Source of the DNA: Bugula neritina
Lineage: Eukaryota; Animalia; Bryozoa
Direction of reading: 5' to 3'
Length of the DNA stretch: 64,000 bases
Assembly (NCBI GenBank): GCA_964035545.1
Contig: OZ037772.1
Span: 5,874,889-5,938,888, forward strand
The notes under the pieces were generated by a model, which saw nothing but the letters and a program-made list of their open reading frames with translations, was not told the origin of the DNA and did no database searches. The position numbers were made by a program, and so were the translations under genes. This document shows positions 47,269 through 59,367 of the stretch, piece after piece; position 1 is the stretch's first letter; the number at the start of each line of letters is the position of its first letter.

Positions 47269-47524
47269 CCGACCTCCAAATTAACCATACAACATACACA
47301 ATATGTCTAAGTCTCTGTGCAGTCAACCAGTCATGTGCTGCTGTGTCATATGATGGGTTTACAAGCACCTGCAAGATGTCAGGAATACCCAGTGTTATTG
47401 ACAACTCAACTGACACTCAGAAAACGACATCTGTCAAACAAGCTTATTCCAGCACCACTCCAGTGTATGAGTTTTCAACCTTACTTGCCAGAGGTATTGC
47501 TAATACAACTAATATGTCTTATAA

Positions 47525-47715
47525 GAGCAGCTGTTTTTTAGAGGTTCGAGAGTTGGTTTAGTAAAATCAGGATCAGGGCTTTGATCTCCAGTGAAGGTCA
47601 TTGGTTGTGTTAAGGACAGCATCCAATCATAATTACTGCTTTGTCACATATATGGATAAGTCCTTACTTTGCTTTAAAATGCTTTTCTTCATTATAGTGA
47701 CAGTAAATTTGTGTG
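47525..47715 (+). mobile_element. Old SINE family 1 copy in lectin intron 2 (equivalent remnant at ~39510-39660 in copy A)
   Basis: agagcagc...cattggttgtgttaaggacagcatccaatcataattac; present in both paralogs, so it predates the duplication. Confidence 0.6.
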
Positions 47716-49961
47716 ATTTTTAATTGCAGTCATTTGGCTGGTGTTTATAGAGACACCAAATTTTAACAAAACTCAATTAACATAGTTCAAAAAAACTATA
47801 CTTTTATTGCAATTCAGTTACATAAAAAGTCTAATATTTTATTAAGTACACACAAGTTGATTTTTTTTAAGAAAAAGTTGCTACAAAATCTGGCAGTACT
47901 TTTAACGATGGCAAGTTCTTGGCTAACAAAGCAATAGACGGTTTGTACCTCCCCTCTCAACATGGACTAGTAGAGACAGGAAGTATGGCCCGGACAAACT
48001 CTGAAGAATCTCCATGGATACAAGTAGATCTGCTTTCCTGTCACTATGTGTATGGTGTCAAGATCTGGGACAGATCTGAAAATACATATTCAAGTGAGTC
48101 ATTGTATTTATAAGTAGTAACAATAGGGTAAGAGGTTGACCTTGAGGTGACTTCAAGCTGTCCATAAGTAAACATGTTTTATCAGAAATATCTGCAAATG
48201 TATAATCTTTTAGTTAAATAATCAAGAAAGAGAGAAAAGGAGAAATATATATCAGATTTGATATATAGCTTGTAAATAAAGGGTGAGAGTTAACCTTAAG
48301 GTGACTTTAAGATGTGCTTAAATAAACATATTTTATCAGAAGTAGAGAGGATTATAGAATCTTTTAGTAAAATAATCAAGAAAAAGAGAGAAGTAGAAGT
48401 AGGAATCAGATTTGCTTCATAGTTTGTAAATATTTAAAACAAACAAAGTTTCTTTGTCAATTTTATAGATCACAATGACAGACTGGCCAATGTGAGAGTA
48501 ACAGTTGGTGAGACTGACACTAACTTTGATGATCTAATAGAAAATGAGATCTGTGACTACCTTCCTGGACAACCACCTGCGGATATTTTTCTGGTTACAT
48601 GTCGTACTAGAATGTACGGTAGATATGTGAGACTAACAGCTGTTGAAGTGAATAATAAACTGAATATCTACGAGATGGAAATCCATGGATTAAAAATCAA
48701 ATCTGCCTATTAATTTGTTTGTGCCATTGCAGCACACCACATGTTAAGCTAACAGTCAAAGCACCTGCAACCACATGCTCACATGTCACTCACAGCACCT
48801 GCAACCACATGCTCACATGTCACTCACAGCACTTGCTTCTTTGTGTTTCAAGATTATTGGCTAGTGAAGTTCATTATTAAAACTGGTTAAAAGTATTTTG
48901 ATATACATTTCAGTTTGCATTTTATTTGAAAGTAAATTGCTATATTAAGTTTTTACTGTAGCCAGTTTAAAACTTTTTTCAGGCAGTTAGTTATACATTT
49001 GTTTTGTTAGTAATGTAAAATATAAGTTTTGCTGAAGCTATTTGATTACTATTTGACACTTTTTATTGTGACCAGTGTAGAAATATTTTCCCCAATAATT
49101 GTTTAAATCTTTTTTTCCAAGCATGCAATGCTTTTTAAATTGATATTGAATGCAAGTGTCACTAAAGCTGTAAACAAAATACAAAGAATTTGTAGCTTTA
49201 TAATGTTGTATTATTCTTTACCAATCATGTACATTATGTTTGTCCAGTATCCACTTACTCGTGAAGCATATATAAAAATAAAAAATAAGCATTTATGCTA
49301 AATTTTAAGACTTTAATTGAATATATACATAACGGCAGTTATTCAAGTACTCAAAAATGATTGACATCAAAAGGTGAAACGGGTTATTGAACAATTTTCT
49401 CTTTTATACGTCAAATTTGTCAGTTTGGTAAGCAGTTATTGGCAGCTGCTTTTACTTCTTGTCACACTCGCTAAATTCATACGTAGGATAGGACAACTTC
49501 GACGCCATTTTGATCAGTGTAATAAAGCAACTCCGGCATTCTATAGTTATATTATTTGGCAATTGATGTTTTATTGTAATATTATAGATTAGGTATATAA
49601 AATAATATGTTAAATGAGCAATTATGCAAATACATTTTGATTGTTGGTATTCAGTTAATAACAGAAAAACAAAGATAATGCTGAATAAAAGTATGGAGAT
49701 TTGATATTTACATGACAATCACTGATTTTGTCCTCATGTTAATGTATTCTAGCTTTTCTACAACAGTCTTTATAATTACTGTGCAGACAAGAAGATTCGC
49801 ATTCTTCTCAGTAAAATTATTTACAGACATTTACAGCTGATAGCTATTCAACAGTAGTTTCTTCTCGTACACATGACACTTCCATACAGGTGCTTTTGAG
49901 TGCATGCTAATTCCAGCCACCCTGTGTGCTTTACACTTTCCTCGCGCTTCATGTACTTTCT

Positions 49962-52900
49962 TCAAGTGTCTGCAGGTGGTTGCAGGTTTCGAGGTGGTGG
50001 TTGTGGAGGGGAAACCGAAGGTATAGGAATGGAGTATGCCTCATCAGCCATGATCACTGCACTGTAGTCTATCTCCGCATCTGTAACAACAACTCTACAT
50101 CAATTCTCTACTAAGCAGTAGTAGGAGTGGCAAGTCATATTCTATCATTTTGATAAAAGTTGCGTAATTATATATAAAAATACAGCTCGAGTTTTATGTT
50201 TTCCAAATTTAACAAAAACTTTAAATTAACTTCATTTTTTAAATAATTTTAAAATTGACTCAGAAGAAATTTGAAAGTTAAACTGCCCATGACAGTTAGG
50301 ATTTTTAAGTCATTCGAATTACAATCTTATAAAAGTTTAAGAACTGTAAATCCACGATATTTCAAAAATGACATTATTGGAAAATATCTATTTGAAAAAC
50401 GAACAAATCACCAATAGACAACTTGAAAATAGACAATTAGCAATTGGACAATTGAAAAATAAGTGTTTGGAAAATGACATTTGGAAAATAAAAAATATTC
50501 AACATGGACTAGTCTGGAGGGGGCGTATAGCATCTGGCCTGGTTCAAAATAATCTATTTTCGAGTTATCTATTGGTGATTCGTCCGTTTTTGAAATAGGT
50601 GTTTTTCAACTGTCATTTTCAAAATGTCGTGTTGGAATTGTAGCACCAGCCTTAGCTTTAAATAAAGAAGCAGAAAAGCCATCCTCTACACTCAACTAAA
50701 AAACTAAAAAGCCAATGCAGCTGATTGCTCACACCTCCAAACTTAATCAACATATTTGGTGAAGAAGATAAAAAGCAACAAGATGTTTAAAATAAAAGTA
50801 GTTACAGATATTTTCTTCAGCCCTCTCATACAAAGTAGGAGTTGAATCCTTGTTGGGAAGTCCTTGTTCCAGGTGAGAAGTTGTCATATCTTGCCTTTGG
50901 CAACTTGAGAAGACAACAAACAAAATTCATTTACAAAAATATCTGCAAAATATGACAACTTCTTTATAAGATGAGAACTCAAACTATGATCCAGTACGGA
51001 AAATGATATAACTGAGTAATTGAATGAGCCAATTTCCAACTTACCAGTTTATTCTTGAGTTGCGGGTGCAAACAATAGCCACTACAACCAGTATGGTGAT
51101 AATGATTAGCCCAAGAACAACCACAGATACTGATGCTAAAATGGTAACATCTGCAAGAGAAACAAAAGTTTAAAGCAACTACTATAGGTATGGTAATTTC
51201 ATCCACAAATCATAACGCACAACGATTTGAAGTGAGTATGTAAATCATATTATCTTTTGATACGCAGTGTGAGTTAGTTTTTTTATTCATTCTATAAAAA
51301 TTGCCAAACGTTTTACTAACATTGCTAAAACAACTTGGACTTTTACTGACAAGTGCAAAATGTACATTAGTAGATAATGAGCATTTATAATGATGAAATC
51401 GTAGTTTCGTGGATTTATAGATAAAACTTCGAGTTCAAGGGACATAAGCTTGACATCAATAAAAGAACTAATGTGAAAGTTTGTCATAATTTACTTACTC
51501 AAACCTTCAGAATTTTCAGCAGACACAGCATAATCCCTAACTTCCCCAGAGGTAATGTCTTCATCTCCTTTTGCTTTGCTTGTTTTATTTGGCTTCTTTA
51601 AAATAGGTTTATCTAGAGTTGGACCAGCAGTAGAAAAACTTTGTATTTTGGTTGCTGGAGACTTTTCGCCACTGGTCAGTTGAGTGGAGGAAACAGTTGT
51701 AACTCCATTACGGCTTGGCTCTGTTTGGCCAAGAGATGTCATGGTGACAGTAAAGCCGTTTTGATTGGTCTTTGAGGTTGTGCTTTTAACGCCATTCTGA
51801 GTAGTTTTGAATAAGTATGCCAGGCTGAATAGAGTGGATCTTTCATAAGTTGAAGGAAGCTGTTCACTGACTTCTGTCCTTTGCAACACATTTGTGTTTG
51901 ATTCTTTTTTTGTAAACTGGTGTAAGGTGGTAGCGCCAGTTATTGACAAGTTTTCTTTTTTATGAAATTTAGAATTTTTTGCTAGCAATGTAAAAGCTGC
52001 TGTTGTCATTGAGTTTGTGGACCCGATTGTTGGCTTATGTGAGGAAGTTTCAGCTGTCATCAAAGTGCTGACAAGAGACTCGTTCCCCAAATTTAAAGTA
52101 GGAATGGAGTTACTATCATATAGCTTTAGCCGTATGTTGGATGTTTGATTATTAAATGTTACAGTGTTTGACTTTTTTGGCATTGGTGGCAACTTAAAAA
52201 TATTGTCAATTGGTAGCTTTGAAGTTGTCGTTTTGAATATAGGCGATGTCGTAGTTTGCAAAAGCTCAGTTTTAGCAAGGTTAGTGCTTATATCTATGCT
52301 TATGGTATTAGTAGTTGTTGAAGATTCCGGTAAATCCGCAAAAATCTTTGTTAGACTAGAGCTTGGCTTCTGAGAACCAAAGCTATAACTTAATGGTTTT
52401 GATGTAACAATTTTAAGTGAAGGAACAAACCTGCTTTTTATTGGGTCTTCTGAAGCTTCAGGCTGAGTAAGCTTAGTATTGGTGGAGTCAATTTTTTTAG
52501 CATCTGTCATCGTGGAAAGTTCTGGTAGAGCTGTACTAACTCCTGTTTTACTAGTAGTCGATTCTTGAAATAGGGAAGTAGGTTTATTTACAGTAAAATA
52601 TTTAAATATATGCCATGAACTATTTTTGGATATGCTTTGTGAATATTGAGTTTGGGCAAGTTGAGTAGTTGACAAGTCAATGGTGTTAGCGGTGGTTGGC
52701 ATTGGCCACTTGGGTAAACTTGTCCCGGGCTCTAACCTGTTGGTGCTTGGTTTTAAAGTTGAAGAAGTAGGTTTATGGAGCAATTTCAAAGCATTAGATT
52801 TAAAAGGTAATGAAGTGGTTACAAATGTGTATGGAAAAGATTCGGGTTGAACAAGTTTAGTTTTTTCAGCATAAAAATTCTTAGTAGCGATAGTTGTTGA

Positions 52901-55900
52901 CCGTCTTGGTGGTGTTGTTGCAACTTTTAGTGTTTTAGTGTCCATTTCTTGGGATGAAGAAAGTTTATCAGAAATTTCAGACATCGTTGTGCTAAATGAA
53001 GATAACAAAATAGTTTTCAATGTGCTTTGTGAAGGGTTAGTTTGATAAAATCCCATTATGTTTGTGTCAATCGCTTTAGTGTTGGTATCTGATGAATATT
53101 CTTGTATGGTTGTCGTAATTTTTGGCTTACTGAAGTTTATTTGTTGAGAGATAGAAACAGATGTGTTGAACTGTTTCAAAGAAGTCAATTTAAAAATAGC
53201 TTCGGTTGTGGATGAAGATGATAGAGAATCAGTTTTAGCAAGCTTAGTACTTCTTGCATCAACAGTTTCAGTACTGGTAGACGCTGGCAGCACTGGTAGT
53301 TCAGTCACAAGTTTAAATTCATTTGTAGCTTGTTTGTTGGATGGAGTAGAAGATTTATGTGAAAGTTGTGACGTAGTTGTTTCCAAAGGGAGTGATAGAC
53401 TTTTAGTTTTTAACTCATTCATTAAAGACCCAGTCTTGGTATCTTTTAAGTTACAGTTAGTAGTACTAGTAGTCACAGCTCCTGAGGTACTAATGCTTTG
53501 ATCTTGGGATGAAGAAATAGACTCATGTGACAATTTTGAAGCAGTTGTTTTCGAGGGAGGCGTAAGTGTGTGTGAAAAAGATTTAGTTTGAGTAAGCTTG
53601 GTACTTGGAGTTATGGCTGTAAGGCTGGTAACCACAGGTTGTTCTAGTAGAGTAGTGGTGCCTAATCTTGAAGGCGGAGGCGTAGAATTATTAGGCAAGT
53701 CTAAAGTTGATGATTTATGAGTAAGCAGAAAAGTATCTGTAAATCTGTATGGGGTGGATTGAGATTGAAAAAGTTGACTTTTCAAATTAGCAGATGTGGT
53801 GCTAGAAGGATTGGAAGAGAGTGCTAGCAGTACTGTTATATTTCTTAGTTTATTAGTAGGCTGTTGGTGAGAAAAGGAAGACTTGGTAAAGAATCTTGAC
53901 ATAGTTGGTTCAGAATTAGTTGACCTACTAGTTTTCAGGTTGTTTTGTAAAGACTTAGTTAGACTAGGTCTTGTACTTTTTGTGTCAGTTGTGTCAGTGC
54001 TGGCAGCCATCGACAATTCTGGTAGAGCTGTCATGATTCCTGAGTTATTGGAGCTTTCTTCTTTTGACAAAGCAGGTTTATGCGATTGCTTAAAACTGGT
54101 CGTTTGAAAAAAAAACAATGGACTAGTTACAAATGCATACAATGAAGGCTCAGCTCTTTCTGTATTACCAATTCCCGAACTGGTAGCAGTGACTCGTACT
54201 GGTAGAGCTGTCACAATTTCTGCTTTGCTGATGTTTTGAGATGAAACAGCTGATTTGTCTGCTACTTCTAGAATATCCCATGTGGGTGTAGCGTGCACGT
54301 TAACTTTCAATTTGCTTTGAAAATAATTAGGTCTGTTTGTTTTTGTGTTAGTTGTTTTGATGCTGTGAGTAGTGGATTGCTCAGATACATTTAAGACAAC
54401 TTCCAAGCTGTGTGTACTATATTCTTGTAATGAAGATGGTTTAGTTGATGCTTTATTAGTTGCTGTTGAAGTTACAAGAGATTGCGTAATATCTCCTTCC
54501 AGTCCAGTCTGATCTGTCAAGTTGTAAACAGACGACTTTTTCACGCTTACAGAAGTAATGGTATTTTTTTCTAACAGTTCTTTATTAGGCACAAATGTGG
54601 TTGGTGATGATTGTGGATCCACTGTAGTCGTATTTTTTGAAATACTTTTGTTCTCTGTTTGAACCTCTGAAAACGACAACAAGTTAGAGGTTGTTAAAAG
54701 CAAAGGTTTCTGGTCTGGAGTTGTAATATTGGTGAATTTTGGTGTTGTGATCTCTACATTTGTTTCAGTTGACATGACTGAACTGAAATTTGATGATGTA
54801 GGAACATTCGAGTAAGTGGTGGAATCAAAACTTCTCACTGTTGGCTGTTCTTTGCCATCTTGAGCCAGAAGTGAAATTCCATTAACTACGTTTGTAGATT
54901 TAGCACTTTCAGACTCTTGAGTACTAAGTAGAATGTGATTGGTTGTTGTTGCATAAGTATGATCTTTATGATCATGGGAAGTGAGTACAGATGAAGTTTT
55001 TGTTTGTGGTAACGACACAGTGCGAAGTGACTCAGAAATAATTTTTGGCAACAGAAACTTCATTGTTGACTGACTACGCATCGCTGAGAAAGAATTGTTT
55101 AAAGAAAATATATTTGAAAATGTGACTAGTTGATGGGTTGACTTTGGCATTGATTCTGAGACTTGGGAAGGTTTAGTAGTTTTCAGAACTGGCAGTAGCT
55201 TTGGAGATGTTTTAGTTGAAGTAAGTATTGCTGTGACAGAATTAGAAGTTAGGGGGATTTGATGCCAAACTCCTGTTGTGTTTGGATCTTCCTTAGTTAT
55301 TGGACTTGGTGATGTAGAAGATAACAATGAATGCATTTGAACAGATGAAAGGCTGTGATCTATATTAGTTTGTGTTGATTGGTAAGGCGATATATTCTCT
55401 GTTTTCTCTTTGCTCATTGCTTTAGCCGAGTGTTCTTGTTCTGTAAAGTTTGTGGTTGGGTGGGTCGGTCTATCAGTGAAGATTCTTGGTAAAATAGTTG
55501 TTGTTGGCAACTTATCAAAACTTTGGAGAGATGATGCATTGGGCGTCCCTTGTGGAGACACTTTTTGAGTACTTGACAAGATATGTGACAATGTACTTGA
55601 ATTTTTATCAAGACTAAAACTAGATTGGTTAAATGTAGCAAAACTAGCTGTTGAGTTGAGTACAGTAGGCGACACTGTTTCCATAGTAACAGTTACGCTT
55701 TCATTTAATTGAGTTGAGCCTGGTGTTACAGAAAAGTTTTTAGATGAACTTGAAGTTGTTGGCGTATTTCCAATCTGTACTTTTGAGCTAGTCCAATCCA
55801 TGCCTGTAGATATACTACTGCTAGGAAAATATGGTGTAATCACACCTGGTGTAGTCTCTAGTGTTTGTGACTGAGTAGGTACTGAAATTGGAGTAGTTCC

Positions 55901-57683
55901 AGAATTGTTGCCATGCCTTCCTGTACGATTTATAGCCAAGATTAGTTTCAGGTAGTCTTTTGTAACTATATCATTAGTTGCAGAAGACCAAGTTTGAGGT
56001 AACGTATTTTTCTCTTCAACGTCAAATTGCTTTGTCATGTTTTCAGTTTTTGGTGTTTCAGGTTCTGCTGTTGAGGAATAGCTTTCGCTTGATTGGCTCA
56101 AATTTCTTGTCATCTCAAATGTAGCCAAGCTTTGCAAGCTTTCATTTAACGCATTGTTTGCATGAAGCTCATTAAGTCCAACACTTTTGTTCACTGAACT
56201 AGGTGCAGATGATGGTGGTTCAGTCCTGACAGATGAGAAGGATGTGTAGCCATTTCCTTGTGTTGATTCTGAGGTATTTAGTGAAGAAAACACAGTTGAG
56301 ATCCTATACTGGTGGGCATCTGTGTCAGTGTAATTATATGTCAATTTTTCATTGGATACCATGACATTCGAGGGTGCAGATATGGTATTCTCAACTGCAC
56401 TGGGTAAATCTATTGGGCTTGGAGATGTTGAAGCCACTGATACAACCTGGGCAGGTGACGCAGATTTGCTGACCAAAGTTTTGTAATCACTGCTAGCAGT
56501 TGAAGTTGACAATACTTCTGGTTTACTGTTTGAACCTCCAAAAATCCCACTAACAAAACTTAATATCTTTTTCAGAAGACTTGGTGTTTGAAAATTGGAC
56601 AACTCTAAAAGGAGAAAATTCAGAAAGGCTTGCTTTTGTTGAAATACAAGAGTTGACTTACAAACATAACAATGAAACATTCCTATAGCAGATAAACAAT
56701 ACCATCAGACTTATGACATTCTGCTTTATGGCCTTGTTTGTGCTATTAAAAATATTTAATTGTATTGACTCACCATCATGGTAAATGTGGTGAATAGATC
56801 CAGATTTATCTCCAACAAGAATTCCTTGGCAGCCTCTTAGAATATTAACAGATGTTGGCGGAGATACAAGTTTCTGTTTTGTTTGAATTGTAGAAACTTC
56901 TTGTGAAGTTACATTTATGAGTTTCAAAACCGTATTTTCAGTATCTGCGACTATAACTAAATCATCAGTCATTGCAGCCAAATTCATGGGGCTCTTGAAG
57001 ATGCCCCCAACTCGATGGTGAGGTTGTAGGCTTAAGTGAGTTTTTGTACGACTGGCTACATTAATCATTAATACATTGTCTGTTGTAGATACAAAGAGAT
57101 TACGTGCTTTTGGGTCTAAAGCTAAAGCTAATGGGAAGTCAATATATACGTCTGCAAAAGTTGACACTTGATTGGACTGCAAGTCGACCAGTCGTACAGC
57201 TCGATTGAAAAAGTCACCAACTAGGAGAGAATAACTCCTCAACTGAATGACATCCAACAGTCTGCTGAACTTAACAGCTTCAAAACCACCATTTTCATAT
57301 CCGGAATTGCGGCAGCTTCCTATTGGAGATTTGAGAAGTTGATGTTGTCTGTCAATCACCAGAAGGCAGTGTTTGGAGATTTCGAGTAGCACCAAGTGAG
57401 TTCGATTTATTTGAGTGAAACTCGTCAACTGGGTGAACGAAAAGAATTGCAAAACATTCATCGTGGAAGTGTAATCTCTGTTCATGCTATAAATAGATGT
57501 GGTAGTCGAGTACAGAACGTTCCCATAAAACATTTGATCATATTCAAAGTGAGTGATTTGCGACTCAGAATGACTAATGTTCAACTTGTTTATTGAAAGC
57601 TCATACGACGTGTTCCTGAACACAGTTTCATAACACTGAGAATCGATTCCATTTGACATTCCGATACAGCAAAGGAAGGACAG
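49962..57683 (-). CDS. Type-I membrane protein: NHL-repeat beta-propeller + ~1700-aa Ser/Thr mucin stalk + TM + tyrosine-motif cytoplasmic tail (>2100 aa; first exon uncertain)
   Basis: Phase-compatible exons: 57683-56774 (NHL: LLVGDFFNRAVRLVD, FPLALALDP, FKSPMNLA...VIVADTENTVLKLI), 56604-51499 (mucin, 5106 nt), 51150-51045 (VTILASVSVVVLGLIIITILVVVAIVC), 50903-50806, 50080-49962 (stop TGA). A candidate upstream exon lies at ~57889-57934. Confidence 0.82.
50345..50645. mobile_element. MITE with ~85-bp imperfect terminal inverted repeats, in a receptor intron
   Basis: aaaaacgaacaaatcaccaatagacaacttgaaaataga versus tctattttcgagttatctattggtgattcgtccgttttt. Confidence 0.7.
51499..56604 (-). CDS. 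Giant mucin-like Ser/Thr-rich exon of the receptor
   Basis: 1729-aa ORF in the track; ttttag acceptor at 56605, GTAAGT donor at 51498; many NxS/T sequons and essentially one Cys. Confidence 0.85.
56774..57683 (-). CDS. NHL-repeat (six-bladed propeller-like) exon of the receptor
   Basis: ORF 56658-57659 in the track; repeated F-x2-P-x2-LA...V-A/G-D-x2-N-x2-(L/V)-x2-(I/V) motifs; donor GTGAGT at 56773. Confidence 0.8.
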
Positions 57684-58489
57684 CTACAAGTATATAAAAT
57701 ATTATTAGAATGTTAAGGAACTTGTTGCATTTACATACATTATTTTAGGAACATTGCATGCTTGACTGAAGAGTAGAGAATATAACACAAACGGGTGGTA
57801 ATTAATATTATATATGTTGAGAAAATTGGCAACAGAAAATTTTCTTTCCAACTTTATTGCCATTATATCGATGTAAGTGACAGCTTACTTCAGCACCATG
57901 CATATGATTTGGATTACTAATAACCATAAATTGTCTGTAAAGGATGATATAATATAACGTCTACAGCTCCATATTATATAAAGGAAGGCACTTAATTGCT
58001 TTTATCAGAAACTTATAATGCATATAAGTATTCCATCAGAATATAATGCAGCAGGGAAAACTCATTTGAATGATGAGAAACCTAAATGATTCCTTGCTTG
58101 TTTGTATAACTACAGTAGCAGCAGATAACGTGATTGTTAGTAAACAATATGAAATTAATTGCATTCATCAGGGAAACAGCATGAAGCAATGCTGCACCAC
58201 CACCTCTCATTATTCAAATAAGATTTCACTGGATGACACATTTTATGCATAAACAACAAAGTTGCTGTTTTTAGCACCTGAAATGTTTATCAGCTATATG
58301 ATGGTGAACATGAAATGCATGCGCACATGACAACAGGTGTAACTACAGTAGCACATGTTGTAGTGTAGCAAAACTATAACAAAGATAGAGTGGATGGAGT
58401 TACGAATTTAACATTCACATCTCAAAGCCATTTTGGATGCCAGAAAAAACATTTGACAGGAATAGTAAAAGTTCTCAGGCTACAGAACT

Positions 58490-58820
58490 ATAAGGTAAAG
58501 ATGGCACAAGTGAAAATGACACAGGTAACAATGGCACGTGTAACAATGGCACAAATGAAAAAGTAGGGAAAATTAGCACATGGATGTTGAATTCTCTTAA
58601 ACCCAAGCCTCCAACCTACTACCTCATCCCAAAATCAAACCCCAAATCCCCCACCCCAAACATCTACACTCTAACTCAAACCCCTAACTTCAAAGCTTCC
58701 TACCCAAGCTACCAACCGTCCCCCAGCCTTAAACACCCACCCCAAAACTTTAACCCCAACCACCACTTCAAACTCCAATATTGAAAGTGTGTCATTTTTA
58801 CCTACTTTTCCATTTGTGCT
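58490..58820. mobile_element. MITE-like element with inverted repeats around a C/A-rich core of degenerate CCCTAA-like units
   Basis: gcacaaatgaaaaagtagggaaaattagcaca versus tgtgtcatttttacctacttttccatttgtgc; aatggcaca sub-repeats on the left. Confidence 0.6.
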
Positions 58821-59222
58821 CTTATTATTATTATTATTATTTTAACCGGACACTGCAGTTACATAGTGTACAGTTTGAAGGAAACAAGCTTTACTGCTTA
58901 TACTATAATTATCGATATTACTGCGATCATCACTGTAACGATCACTATATGACTAACCATCACTATCACAGTGACTATTACTATGACTGTGACTGTCACT
59001 ATGTGGCTATATCAAGTACCTATTATGGTAATTTGATTAAAACACCCGATGGAACAATTACCCAATTCAAAACGCAAACAGTTTGATTTTAGTTTTATAT
59101 TCTGCAGAGATCAATGTTCATTGATCTCTGTTCACAAGAACATATTTATAGTAAGAACTAACTCACAAAATCTTGTATAAGTTGAACAAAGGCCAGGTCT
59201 ATCAAATTTAACTATTAGCTAA

Positions 59223-59367
59223 AAAACTCACGCAGTTTTTTAGTCCCTATTTCTGTGAGAAACCCTGATGAAAAGGGTTTTGTTATATCGGGCTAAGGAC
59301 TTATTTAAATTAAATGAGGCACAGGAGCAATTATGACTGGATGCTCTTCCTCACATCACCAATGATG
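59223..59367 (-). mobile_element. 5'-truncated SINE family 1 copy
   Basis: 3' half of the SINE only; TSD CTATTAGCTAA at 59212-59222 and 59368-59378. Confidence 0.8.

Larger units (their letters stand above)
42880..48713 (+). pseudogene. PAN + F-type lectin copy B, with exon 2 interrupted by an LTR retrotransposon
   Basis: Exons 42880-42955, 43792-43847 / 47274-47493, 47872-48093, 48469-48713, all otherwise open and paralogous to copy A. Read-through into the LTR reaches TAA after ~18 codons. Confidence 0.85.

Noticed and set aside
58590-58780. Interstitial telomeric repeats
   Set aside because: Too degenerate and enclosed by inverted repeats; better explained as a MITE interior.
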